A stretch of 64,000 bases of DNA from Massalongia carnosa (lineage: Eukaryota), in the NCBI GenBank assembly GCA_965645245.1, contig OZ287070.1, forward strand, positions 1,116,001 through 1,180,000, read 5' to 3'. The notes under the pieces are model-generated. The model was not told the origin of the DNA and did no database searches. It saw nothing but the letters and a program-made list of their open reading frames with translations. A program made the position numbers and the translations under genes. Below, one piece after another: positions 24,320 to 36,700 of this stretch. Within the stretch, counting starts at the first letter, position 1. Every line of letters begins with the position of its first letter.

Positions 24320-25362
24320 TCATTTATCTTTTGCTTTAACCTGTACCTCTTCCCTCTCCTTCCGGCCCTCTTCCCACATTTGCCTCAAACTCGGCCTCGA
24401 TCGCGTGACCTTGTCTTTCTTCATGTCCCTCACCCAAAGTGGTACTTCTGGCTTCCTCAGCTGGCAGTCCATCATCCCCTCCAGTGGCACCCTATCTTGA
24501 AGATCCTCGGCCATCATTGACATTTTATCGACATTGAACCGTCCATAATAGCCCTGGCGCTCTATATACGCCTGATGATCCAATAGTGAGCGAGAGATCT
24601 TAAGGCAGAACGCGCGAAACTCAGGCTCAGTAGGAAAGCTATGCGCTTGATGCGGAGATGGCACCGGGAGATCGGCGGGTGCGCTGGGAGAATACAAAGG
24701 CAAGGAGTTTGGCGTGAATGGCCGAGGTTGGCTGGGCGTTGGAACTGATTCAAGGGGGTTTTCTTTTATAGGCTTTCCCACAGCACTCCATTTGTCACTC
24801 CCACCTAAGCCTTGAAACGCGGTGGTTCCGGAAAGTTTCTTTGTTAGCCGGCTATCGCCACTGGAATTAGGATCCAATTCATCGTCAACGTCGTTGTGGT
24901 CGTCATGATGTTGTGCTTCCTCAGGTGCAGAAAGCCCTCGTTGCTTTTCTGCGCCATCCATCATATTGGTTGTGGGTGCATTGGGTTCCAAGGATATTGA
25001 TCCAGATTTGCCAACCTCGAGCTCAAATTTAAGTGGGCTCGCGTTGATCAGCTTCTCAGCTGAACTTGCATTTGAATAGATGGCTAATGCAGTATTGTGT
25101 GCAAGAATTTTCTCATACTTTGTCAATGTACTTAGATTAGCTAGACTCCATGCTATCTACAAACGGACAAGGTCTTAGCATGACTTACTTTTAGATGCTT
25201 GTACATGACCACCTCCCCATACTGCTGGAGCACATGCAAGACCTCTCTGCTCTCGGCGAGATTACGTGGTTGCGGATGGATCTTGACATGAACGGCAGCA
25301 GCAAGAGTTCTGGCTGTAGTGAGAATCGATTTTCCTGTAGATGCAGCCTTGGACGCAGCCAT
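24320..25362 (-). CDS. Conserved-looking fungal hypothetical protein, possibly mitochondrial; intron ~25118-25188
   Basis: Exon 1 'AVHVKIHPQPRNLAESREVLHVLQQYGEVVMYKHLK' splices via GTAAGT..CTAAT..AAG into a 268-aa ORF; the N-terminus lacks acidic residues. Confidence 0.7.
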
Positions 25363-25733
25363 AAGAGAAAGGTGGTAAAAGCTACAGTGTACTTCGTACT
25401 TTGTGATGCTCGCCGCGCACCATATCGGGACTAGCTACACCCCCTGGACAAAAGTCTCCGCGACCCCACCTACCCCACCATCATCACCCTTCGGTCATCT
25501 ATTCAAAAACACTCCCATAATTTTTGAAATGGCAAGTAGCTTTTTGCAGTAATTACATAGAGTATAGCTATAAATTTGAACTTTTTGTAAATAGGGGTAA
25601 TGAGGTTCACATTGATTGGTCAGATAATTAAGATTTAGCGCTTCTTAACCAATAATGGTTAGCTTGAAGGGGTGCTTGGGTACAGCGAGATGGATACATC
25701 ATATTTCGATTTGGCCGATTAAAATCGAGTGTA

Positions 25734-27070
25734 CAAGGTTGGGTGACATTGGTCCGTGCCCCCCCAATAAACTTCGAAAAACAGTCACAAAACAACAACA
25801 AAACATCTTCATTTCTACCATTTTGTTGCGTTACCTTCTCTATCTTTATATTGCTTTATACGAGAAGGCATTGTAGCTACCAAATTGTCAATTTCATATT
25901 GTTTTACCTCGTTCCATTCGTGCTGAACGGCCTTCTTCATGTCATCCAGAGTAGTGATAACCATGTCATAACTTCCGATTCGTTGCTTGATTATCCTCCA
26001 AACATTCTCGATTATGTTGAGATCTGGTGAGCATGGAGGCCATGCTCCATCATTAAACAAAGGAATTTTGAATGAGTCTTTCAGTTGTGAAAGATTTCGC
26101 TTTCCAAACCCCAAACCATGGGCTCGATTTCCATCCTCCTGAAAGAGAATTTCACCGAACTCTCGGGCATGAAGGGAATGCTCCGTACGTTCATAATAAG
26201 AAATATAATTGCTCTCCTGAAAGTACGGAGAAACGACAGGTAGTAGCACCTGTTGTTTTATATAGTCTTCTTTGGTCATTCCCCCCCTGGCCCCGGAGAG
26301 ATTCTGCAAAAACACCACTTTTGATTTCTACCCCCACTCCACCATTCCCCATACTGAAAACGACGTTCTACCACTCCGAAAACGAGTCTGAATGCAATCA
26401 AGACAGTATCGTTCATCCGCCTTGCGAAAATTTTGATCCTTTTTATGTTTGCCCGTGTAAAACGTGCTCTCATCACTGAATCGAAGTCGTTTCCAGGCAT
26501 GCGTCCAGTTCTCGAACTTTACAGAGAAAGCGAGTCGAATTTTTCGATTCTTTTCATTGATGAAAGGTTTCGGGCATGCAGTGCATTTGCGATAGCCCAA
26601 TTAAGCTAAACGTCGTGCGAGAGTTCGAGGATGAATTGGTAAATTGTGACGTTTGCAAAACTGAGCAAATGACATACGTCTTCCAGAGTATTTCTCCTTT
26701 AGCACCCAATTGAGCACCTTTTTGATTTCCCAATTGGAGACTTTTCGTGCTTTTCCAGCCCGTTCGGCACCTTTTCTTCTGACTATGTTTCCAATATCGC
26801 GCTGTTTTCGCCATTTACGAAGAGTGTCCCGATGCACCCCTGTGACGGCATGAATTCTATGCAGTGATTGCCCTGCGTCCATGCGACCGTAGCATTGATT
26901 TTTAATGGGCGTACCCCCATTCTAAACCAAGATAGCCACCTCGTTTACGGGGACTTCGAAAACTGCGTGTAATAGCCATGTGATTGACGAATGATCATGT
27001 AAAATAGTGGTAGAAGGGGCATTTTTTCGAAATTTAGGGGGGGGGGACGGACCAATGTCACCCAACCTTG
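25734..27070 (-). mobile_element. Tc1-like DNA transposon (1337 bp) nested in the MITE
   Basis: 24-bp perfect TIR CAAGGTTGGGTGACATTGGTCCGT extending imperfectly to ~48 bp; TA at 25732-33 and 27071-72. Confidence 0.93.
25815..26979 (-). pseudogene. Tc1-like transposase pseudogene, DD41E triad
   Basis: HTH region, FSDES, FQEDGNRAH, WPPCSPDLNIIENVW; in-frame stops at 26601 and 26328; one extra G near 26915 relative to ATG 26979. Confidence 0.88.
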
Positions 27071-27128
27071 TACCACGAAAATTAGGAAATCTCGCTTAAT
27101 CGCGGAAACTTTTGTCCAGGTGTAGGTA

Positions 27129-27350
27129 CAGTCCGAAGCAGTTTTACACCAAATTACGTACTTTTAAGAATTTATTACGTAATATACAGTTAAAGAATTT
27201 TTTCAATAAAAATTTCGAACAGTTTTTAACAAAGGATTTAAAGTATACGATTTCGAATTTATTTTATCTAGGTTTATGATATGCAATGTATCGATGTATT
27301 AAACAGAAGTTGGAAAGTACAGGTTTTGGTGTAAAACTGCCTCGGGACGC
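27129..27350. mobile_element. Second MITE-like element (~220 bp)
   Basis: Inverted repeats GTCCGAAGCAGTTTTACACCAAA (27131-27153) and TTTGGTGTAAAACTGCCTCGGGAC (27325-27348); left end TA-CAGT; very AT-rich interior; right terminus degenerate. Confidence 0.6.
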
Positions 27351-27733
27351 AGACTTTTGGCCTGGTACTGTATGTAAGTAAGTTAGCGCTTTTACCCTTC
27401 AAATCTTTGAATAGCTTCATCCTTCTCTGGTCTCTAGATAGTGATTAGATATGTATATATCGTTCTTATCCGGTTGCCTTTTTCCACTCTACAATATCGA
27501 TTCTTATAAGTATATAGAATACGCTGTTGCAGATATGGCACACACGTTACCTGCAGAACCGATTCCTACTGCTTTTGCTTTGATAGTTGGCACGGCTGTC
27601 ACTGGCGCTGGCGCGAATAAAGCACCTTTCCCTAGATCAATTTCATTTGGAAGCTTCCCTCATGATATCGTGACATACTTCCAAAACGATTCCAATTGCT
27701 TTGATTCTAAAATCACGGTTTCTAGCGTTGACG

Positions 27734-29050
27734 ATTCATCTCAAAAATCTCAGCTTCTTCTCTTTCATCATCCTCTTTCCAAGTTCATCGCATGGAGGTT
27801 TACCATATCATCCCGACACGTTCGCTGTGACAGCGACTATGGGTTCGTACCTAATGCACTGGCCTGTCTTCAAGCGAAAAACAGCATACTCATGGATTCA
27901 CGGGAGTCCTTTTATTAAAATGATGATAACCTTATACACCCTGAGCCAAGAATCAAGCTTCCTATTGAGTATCTTAGTCCGGAAAATACTGGTACAGCCC
28001 ATGGACTGTTTCAATAACGCCAGAGCACGCCTGAATACACCGCTAACATGCTCAATGCCAGATCTGATCTGCATCATTACCATTGACACTGCTTCAAGTG
28101 AATCTGACGACTGGGACTTTGTGAGGAATATTTGGCCCGCTGATGTTCATGCTATGATTTTTCAAGTTATACAACAATGTGTCACAGGCCGCAATACTGG
28201 TGGGTATATAACCTATGGCATACACCGTACAATCACCACTCTTTTTGGACAATATGCAATCAGAGGGTCAGTCTATGTTGAGTTATCTAAGATTTATGTT
28301 TTCCTTCTTTTCTAGGGTCAACGTTTCCAGGACCCGTACGGTTTTTTATTATTAGCCCTATCAAACTCGCAGAAGAAAGCAGGTGATACCTACCAAGGAA
28401 TACCCTTGGTCATTGCGCGTAACTTGGCTTTACATAGGTCTTCTATGAAAAAATATCGTGGGCGAATCTCACGCTGCCGCACTATTAATAGAGACGGCAA
28501 GCGACATGGAGACATTCCTAATACTTCACTGACCAGACTGTTGTTTTCCCAAGTCATCGGCAGCGACAAACAGTGAGATATCAAATCCGATCAGCACCTG
28601 TGATGTATCCCTGGGTAATCCGAAAAAGGCCGACTGTCTGAATGCCGCCTTTGGGTTCAGAAAGGTAGGTGCTGTGGTGTTAAACCGACGATGGTCCGTT
28701 GGTCAAGGTGGCCGAAAACTGCGCCATTGCGGTTGGGTTTCAAGGAACAACGTGAACGTCTTGGGAAATGATCGATTTGGCAATGAGCACTCTTTTTGAA
28801 AAACGCATTGACAGCCCAATCGGACCGCATTACGGGGGGAACTGCAATCCCTTCTGCTATTGGCAGTATACACGAAAATTGAGGTTTTTTGATCACAGAT
28901 CATTTCCCGTATGTTGCTAATCCTCCATATCGGGCCAACCATCTCCTGCTGGGATGGAGATTGCCATTTACGAGCAGGATGGGTTTTTCTGGGTCTCCGA
29001 CCAGCACTTACGCCTGGGGGGGGGGGGGGGGGGGGGGGCGGATAGTTGTG
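27734..29050 (+). pseudogene. Decayed gene for a secreted, Cys-patterned protein with two tandem related domains
   Basis: Signal-like 'HLKNLSFFSFIILFPSSSHG'; domain 1 'RCDSDYGFVPNALACLQA...LPIEYLS|DLICIITID...IQQCVTGRNTGG'; domain 2 'TCDVSLGNPKKADCLNA...NCAIAV...SWEMI...HYGG'; frameshifts and stops; intron-like GCTAAC..CAG at ~28043-28061. Confidence 0.5.
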
Positions 29051-30506
29051 ACTAAAAATGATACAGCTCGGTAGAAGGTATAGACAAGGAACAGCCATGA
29101 ACAAGATGAACGAGCCAAGGGGGTTTAAAACGGTCCAGGCAAACGCCACTCCCCAAAAAGTAACCGTCGACAACGTGATTAATTAGGTCCCACAGCCAGA
29201 ACGCACCACCAATAGGCATAAACCCGAACTCCAAGACTGTCCCAAACCCCTTAAAGACCCCCCACTCCAAGTTTTCCATTATCTTCCCCCCCCCCCCCCC
29301 CCAAAATAGCCAGGCCAGGATACCGGATACATACCGGAAACCGCATCCCCCAAATAGCTGAACACCCCCCCCTCGCGGAGAAGATAAATGCATAATCATC
29401 TTTTCCCCCCTTTCCCCCCAAGGTGCGAGGACTAGGCATCTTTTATTTTTGCAAAACGCAGGCAGGCAGGCAGAGAAAGAAGAAAGAGATAGAGAGAGAG
29501 AAAAGGTTCTAGATATCTAGGTAGCTCTGGTCTGGGCAAGAAAGAACGTCCCCAGAAAAGTGAGAAGGGAATGGGAAAGGGAGGTGGAGGTAGGGGGTTT
29601 TTGCATGCCTATTGATTTTATATAGATATACCTAAGTATCTAGATAACAACCCCATCCCCATTCTGCAGCCCTGCTGATTGTCCCATTGCCATTCTCTTC
29701 ATTCTTTCCCCTTTCTCCTGCGTTGTATGCTACATATAAACGAGTCCAGCTCCCCCCCCTCGCAGCCCTTTCGTTTAGTCTGTTCTGTTCTGCCACAGGC
29801 CCATACCCACACTTTCCCTCCCAAGAATACGAAACCAACGAATAAATTACGCGTGTGTGTGTACATAAACTGTTCAGAACCGTCAAGGTCCGACCTTTGG
29901 CCCTTTACGAAATGAAAGAGGAACAATGTACGCCCCCCATTACTCCTCCTCCTGCTGCTGCACACCCCTTTGCCGCGTGGCATAACCTCTCTACCCGTAT
30001 AATTCAACAAATTTTTGCGCGCGCGCGCGGGGGATGGGTATCGGGGTGTACTGACTGTCCCGATAAATTTTTCAACGCAAAGTGGTATAAATAAAAAGGA
30101 AAACAAAGATCCGGGAATTCGCTTGCAACGGGGAAAACGCTAAAACACTGAACGCCGTCCTGGTGGGAAACTCGTATGGGGTTGAGACGAAGCGAACCCA
30201 GAGAGAGGTTTTTGGGGGGGGGGGGGGTTTCCGGTGTGCAAGGTGGAAAGCTTTTTCGCATCAGCTGGCATCTGGGGATTGGAGCGCTAGATATGGCGGT
30301 GTTGTAGGACGATCTTCGGGCTTGAATTGATCCCATGTCGAGAGATCATCACAAGCGGAGCCGCAGAAGTTCTATTCCTCAATCGACCCTGGAGAGAAAG
30401 CCCTTTGACAACCCACTATTCATACCCCTTGTTGCCATCATTTCCAGACAGCGCTTCCTTGGCCATTATCTTTTTTGGGGGGATTTAATTGTCAAACCCT
30501 CTCCTA

Positions 30507-31163
30507 TTATCGATCACGCCACTTTCCTTTATCCGACGATCTCTTCTTCAAAAATCGTCGGCGAATTCTAATGCTCTTGAGCACAAAATCCCTCTTCCCC
30601 ACCTGCTTGGGCGGAACCGCGTGCCGACACTCCTTGCTCACTCGATGGGGTGTGTATTGTGTCCGAAACGGATAAGGCGCGTCTGATTCTTCGTTTTCGG
30701 TACACGAAGACGCCGAAGGCGATAGAGCGGCCCTCCGGTATGATGGCTGCAAAGGAGAGAGTGTGTCTTCTGGCGGCGGCTCTAGGGGAGCGGTGGTGTT
30801 GGCGGAGGCGGAGAACGAGGAGATGGATCTGTGTTCGTCATCGGACAGCATGCCCCCGACTAAATTGTGGATTTTGGAGAGGGTGGTGGAATTGCTATCG
30901 CGGGGGATAATGCATTGTCGTTGCTGCAACACGGCGTGTGAGGTATTGAAAAAGGTTGGGTTGCGATCGGATTGCAGGGATGGATGATAGCGCGAGGCTC
31001 GTGAAGGAGAAGGTTCGTATGTCACGTGTCGTCTGGAGGAATGAAAGCCATGTCGGTCGAACTGGTGAGACAGTTCGGTGATAGAAATCGAGGAGGAAGT
31101 GGTGGTGCCATCATCACAGGACGGCGTGTCGGCGGAACTGGCGGCGGAGATGCTATCGTCCAT
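30507..31163 (-). CDS. Ser-rich hypothetical protein with a basic C-terminus
   Basis: Longest ORF in the region, from ATG 31163 (MDDSIS...); protein-like segments 'ISITELSHQFDRH' and 'LSKIHNLVGGML'; K/R-rich tail. Confidence 0.55.
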   Translation of the reverse strand: MDDSISAASSADTPSCDDGTTTSSSISITELSHQFDRHGFHSSRRHVTYEPSPSRASRYHPSLQSDRNPTFFNTSHAVLQQRQCIIPRDSNSTTLSKIHNLVGGMLSDDEHRSISSFSASANTTAPLEPPPEDTLSPLQPSYRRAALSPSASSCTENEESDAPYPFRTQYTPHRVSKECRHAVPPKQVGKRDFVLKSIRIRRRFLKKRSSDKGKWRDR

Positions 31164-33519
31164 GCGGAGCTGGACATGAAGATGAGTGACGGCGGCGAAT
31201 ATATGAACCAAAGCTCCTCACGCGTTCGCAGACACACAACAGGCTGGCAGAAGAGGAAGGGGAAGTCGAATATGCCTTTTGTACGGGAGTAGATACCAAA
31301 TACAGCGCTTAACATCCAAGTGGCAAGGCAAGGCGGGAACGCTAGGATGTTACTAAAGGAGGATCTGCATCCAGTATGTACCAATTGCTTTGGGTTCGGG
31401 AGAAGGGACCGGCGCGCGATCCTGTTCTCCCCGTTAGTGAATCCCTATTGTACCTATCTATACCTATTGTGTTTTACCGAGTACCCTGCAAGGAGCATTC
31501 TTTGTGACTCAATTCCAATCGCATCACGCAAATGCGCCGATCGATCAACTTCTCACATCATCTCCCAAGGGGGCCAGAGTCTAGAATGAATGCGGGGTGC
31601 GATCTCCGGGGATACGCAAGATAACCGTTGCAAAGGCTAGATCTTCCAACTGATCGAGTGACTAACTTCTTGTTTGTGATGCATATTTGCTCTGTAAGGC
31701 TCTTCCAGTCCCGGGTGTTACCAACGGACTCAGGAGGGGGGGTCCAATTCCCCAATGAGGTGTCGCTGCATCTCTAACGTTAATGCATGAAGATGCTAGG
31801 TGCCGCCCAGCTGGGATGAATGGTTATTGGTTTCGTTCCAGGTGGATGGGGCGGGACGAAAAGCACAAAGCTGTGGGTGGTCTTCCCATCTGAATGATCC
31901 CGAGAGGTGTCCTTGCTGCATTCTTGCATAGTGGAAGGGAAAAAAAAGGCTTCACGCCATTGCGGAACAGGGCACGTCCCGAGTCTAGATGCTCATCGCT
32001 CAACTGCTCCCTCGAGGCTCGATACCTTCTCAACAGTATACACCGAGTACTCTATACAGAGTCATCAGTAATCAGTCAAAACGCTTCTTCCAGCTCCTGC
32101 GCATATTGTATTCTGTAACATCCATGAAAGTGGAATCGTCAGGACAAATAGTTTTTAACTCTGTACCATCCTCGACATCGAAGACTTCGCTCTAGACCCT
32201 CTCTCTCTCTCTCTCTCTCTCTCTCGGCAATTGATGATACCACCGAACTCCCGCAGAGGAGTCAGCATTTCAACCCGGGTTTTTCCATGTTCTGGTCCAA
32301 TTGTACCCTGTACCAAGGACCACGTACCGCGTACACAATAGTTACGTGACGATACCGAGTACTCGGTACCGAGTACTCGGTAATCAATACCGATATTTTG
32401 GATGGCGCTCCCCAAAGTGACGTTGTCCTCGGTGCGAACTAACGTTCCCTACCTAGCCTCTTTTATGTCTCATTCAAGTGCTCCTTCATCCTCTCAGTCC
32501 CCCCTTCCGTCCCTCTCCCGTCCTCTGAACCGTCCGTACTATGTAACCCAGAACCCCCCCGGTCTCCCTGCCCTACTCCATACCGGCAAATATCCAAGCC
32601 CAAAACCCGGAACCCAAACCGTATACTTCTTATAGTTATTATATTAAATCAAATTAAATTAACAAAACTCAGCTCAAATGTAGCGGAACCCGCTCTATTC
32701 CCCTTTTCTTACGACTCGTGACTTGCAATTGAAAGCAAACCCCCCCAAAGAAACTATAGAGACTAACTAATCACAAGGTATAGTGTACCAGTTGGATCAG
32801 CACCAATAGGATCCAAAATCCAGGTGCCTAGTACCTAGTAACTATCATGACGTTAGCTGAACTACCTCAGTAAGGCGAACACCAAATCTTCATGTAGAGT
32901 AGAGTAGAGTAACGTGAGTGATCTAGAATATGAGTTCAAAACACTGCAAGAAGGCAGAAGCCAAATTCAAAGCCTTCAAAATAACTAGGAGAATGCCTAT
33001 CGATGAACAAACGACCAAAGGATTACGACTTGCGCCTGCGCCTCAACGTGGAAACATCTCATCCCAATAGTGTAAGTAGGTAAGTAAGCAGGTAAGTAGA
33101 TATACCTATCCATCAGCTTGTCCCTATTAAATCTGAGAGTATCAAAAACCTTCCTCTTCCTCTTTCTTTCCGCTCTCCCGATCCCGACTCCCGAGTCTCG
33201 TTCCCGCATAAATATGGCTCCGTACCAAGTAATCTAGTTATGAGTTTGTCAATCCAGAAAAAAAAGAAAGAAGAAAAAAGAAAAAAAGCAGGGTAAATAC
33301 CTGCCAGGCCAGCCAGCACACTCTACTCTACGGGCCAAAGGGAGCGGTCCGTTGCCTTTTGTTCCTTTCTCCTTTCTCGTGTAGACGCACCTGGTTGGGC
33401 ACTTGGTCAGGGCCTTGGCGGGGGGGAGGATGGGTTTGGTTTTCGGCACTAAGGAAGGGGAGGGAGTGAAGGACTCGTCGGGACAACAAAGCTTGACGAG
33501 GGGGTTCGATGTCAATTCC

Positions 33520-33564
33520 CCGATTTCCGATTTCCGATTCCCGATTTCCGATTCCCGATTCCCG
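33520..33564. repeat. Heptamer tandem repeat (CCGATT[T/C])x6
   Basis: CCGATTTCCGATTTCCGATTCCCGATTTCCGATTCCCGATTCCCG. Confidence 0.9.
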
Positions 33565-33744
33565 GATGCATTGATTACTCATGACAATGACAATGAAAAA
33601 CCCTAAAACCTTAAAACTCTGTAACCAATGGTTCCTCGTGATACTGATAAGGAATGGTTAAGGATATGAAAGAATGCAACCCCCATTGATCTGCCGGCCT
33701 TGTACGACAAACATTCACCTGTGACGTGTCTAATCCGCCCCCAC

Positions 33745-36700
33745 CTAAGACTCCTCTGGCCCCACCAACTTGTTCCTCCGTCGAATCTCGCTCCATCGAC
33801 TCTGGCTGCCTAACTCCAACAAACTCATCCGCCGCGTCGTGCCGCTAGGGTTGCCGATGATAATGGGCTTCCACTCGTTTTCCGGCCCCGTGAGCACGTT
33901 CGTTCCGAACCGCTCCGTCGGTATGATCTGCACCTCCTTGAACCGCCAGAGCACCCCAATCAGCAGCACCGTCAGCACCAACAATACGGCCGCCACAACT
34001 GCCGTGGCCGTTTGCGCTCCCAACCGCCTCTCAACCGCCCCACCACAGCCGGTGGCAGCAGCCGCGATGAGAAAGGCGAACGTCTGGGTGATCGCAAAGG
34101 CCGCCATGACTCGAGGGAAGCAGGAAAAATTCGTCGTCTTTTGCCGGATTTCCTCCGGAAGGGCTCGACGCGGCCGACCTGTCATGCCCGGTTGGAGGTC
34201 CGAGGTGTCGTAGGTTTCCATGATGATTCCGTTGCATTCAGCAATCGCCAGGTTGGACAGGAAGCCAATCAAGCCCGCGAACACCGTTGGGACCATGAAG
34301 TGAGTACCATCCCCCCCCGAGGCCAGCGTGTACGCGAGGCCGGCGAATGGGAGGGCAATCATGAAGAACGACCGTCGTACCAGATGCGAGGTCCAGGTCA
34401 TCCGCTCGCGTACCGTCATGCTGTCTGTCCTCGGAGCTTGCTTTCTGGATCGGCTGAATAACGATGCCTTCTGAAAAGGGATGGCAAGCAAAGCCCCGAT
34501 CGGAATCGCAGCCACACAAAGCCCGACATGTTGGGGATGGAAGCGATAGTACTTGGACATCAATGCCCCCAGCAGCTGTTTTGATGGTCAGCGGTAGCCT
34601 TACGAAGCATTCGACTGACAGCTTACGACGATCAACATGACAATCTGGCCATAAATCCAACCTACATAAACCGAGAGAATTAAGAAACCCGGTTGCTTGA
34701 GCAATCGCAGACAGAGCTTATAGCCGGCAACAAGCTCTTCCCACCACCAGATCGGCCCCGTGGAGTCAATGTGCATCTTAATCTCCCCTCGAGCAATTCG
34801 CCTAGAAACGTCTCGACCAGTCCGAACCTCCGTCATCGAGCGACGATAGGCAGATCGGCGGGTTTCTGGAACCAGGACGTTCAAGACAAGGACAAAAGCC
34901 GTGAGAATGATGGTAAGCCAGAATCCCCACGACACATCTAGCCCGCTGATGAGGACCGCTCCGATGAAAAAGCCCAGCCCAATCGACCCAATAGAGCACC
35001 AAGTCCAGATTCCTAGCCACAACCCCATCCCGCCGCCATGTCGGCGAACATCATTGCTGATCACCATTTCTTGATGAGGATTCTGACTTTGAAGAGACGC
35101 CCCAAAGAGATCCAAGAGAGTGGCCTTAAAATTCACATTGGCGAACCCCATAGTGATCCCTGCGATAGCCCTGGAAAGGAGAAGACCGACCCGGTAGGTA
35201 GCCACAGATGGTGATCTCTGTGTATTAACCGACAGAGCCTGAGGGAATTGTAGAGGTAAAAGTAGAGCAAGTGCTGCCAATGTGTAGGGCTTCCGACCAT
35301 GGAGTAAGGGCAACGGCCAAAATGCTGCCGTTGTAATGGCCAGACCTAGAAAGAAGACTACGTTTCCGAGAATGGTATAATGATGCTCGTCTACAATCGC
35401 ATATTGTATTGCGGGCACTTCCCCTGCGTAGATACCGATTATCAACCCCAAAAGCGCCGTGCTAACACATGCCACGCTAGCAACGTATCGTTTGCGTGAC
35501 GTATTCCAATCCCGAGCAATGGGCGCTCTGCGGTGAGAGCGGCTTAGACTAAAACCCTTTCCTTCACGGATGCTGAAGTGACCGCGGTTTGTCAAGCTAT
35601 AAGTCTTCCTTATGGAGCTCTGCTCCTGATTGCCAGGATCTTTGTCGTTTTGGGGCGATGATATTGAATCTTCAGGCAGATGGCCCATGCTCGACGACAT
35701 GGTGGAGCCTCGATGAGGCCGAGTTGGCCGACTTCCAGCTGTTTGCTGAGTTTCTGTCCAATCTTGGCGACTAGTGGATTGTAGAGCGCTCATATGGATG
35801 TTGTCCTTGAAGCTGTCGTCCGAAGATTGCAGCTTGGAGAAACCGCTCTGTGTGTTGCGTGTTGGTGTCGGCCGTAGACCGGCGGAACTGGTACGTGGCT
35901 GTATGAAAGGACTTTTCTGAGATGCTCCATACATAGCATTTAGAGACGGCTTATGCTCGCGGGTGACAAATCCCTGCTGTGCTGCTGGAGAAGGTTGTAG
36001 AGGATCTGGCTGTCGAGGCATCGAAGGGGCTTTGCCCAGCATGGTCGGCCCTAGGTTCTGGGGTTTTGGATTGACCACAGCCCAATCTTGAGCTTGATAA
36101 GAAACTGATATGTTATCTGCCATATCGTGCGATGGGAGGATGAGATCAGTTTCCGCGGGAGATCGCTCGGAAGCCTTGCGAAACCCTTGTTGCACTTCTA
36201 GTTTCTTTCCCCCAAGATGTACTTCAGTGATTCCGGCCGCAGTCGACTGATTTCTCGTTGGGACTACACATCTACTAGGATAAGCACTTGCATCCAGATT
36301 TCTTACGAATTCCCCTTCATACCCAGGTGCGCTACTAGCCCTAAAGTCCTGAATAGGATAATCATTATGGGTGCTATACTGCAACGGAGAAGATGTGTAA
36401 TGCTCTTCCTCGTCGAGCCCCCCGGAGAAGGATGATAAGCCATCGCTAGAAATCAAGGACGCAGTTGAATAGTTGTCCTGTTTCAGGATAATAGGGCGGG
36501 GAACCTCCTTGTGACGATAGAATGTTGTAGATGGGTCGCCTTTACGTCCCCGTGAATCTGTGGCGTGTTTTGCTACAAGTAGAGCTTCTTTTAGTACGGT
36601 ATCTAGGTCCTGTAACACTTTGGAAAATGAGATAGAGTTCCTTCGTTCATGAGCCTGGACTGCCTTTTCGTCTAAATGGACCCGGTCTTGTAAATCATCT

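Larger units (their letters stand above)
25438..27122. mobile_element. Tc1/mariner-type MITE (~350 bp without its insert), split by a nested Tc1 element
   Basis: TA-CACCCCCTGGACAAAAGTCTCCGCGA at left; TCGCGGAAACTTTTGTCCAGGTG-TA at right (inverted match with one substitution and a shorter C/G run); AT-rich non-coding interior. Confidence 0.75.

Noticed and set aside
33520..33564. CRISPR-like array
   Set aside because: Spacer-less heptamer tandem repeat in a eukaryotic genome with no cas genes.
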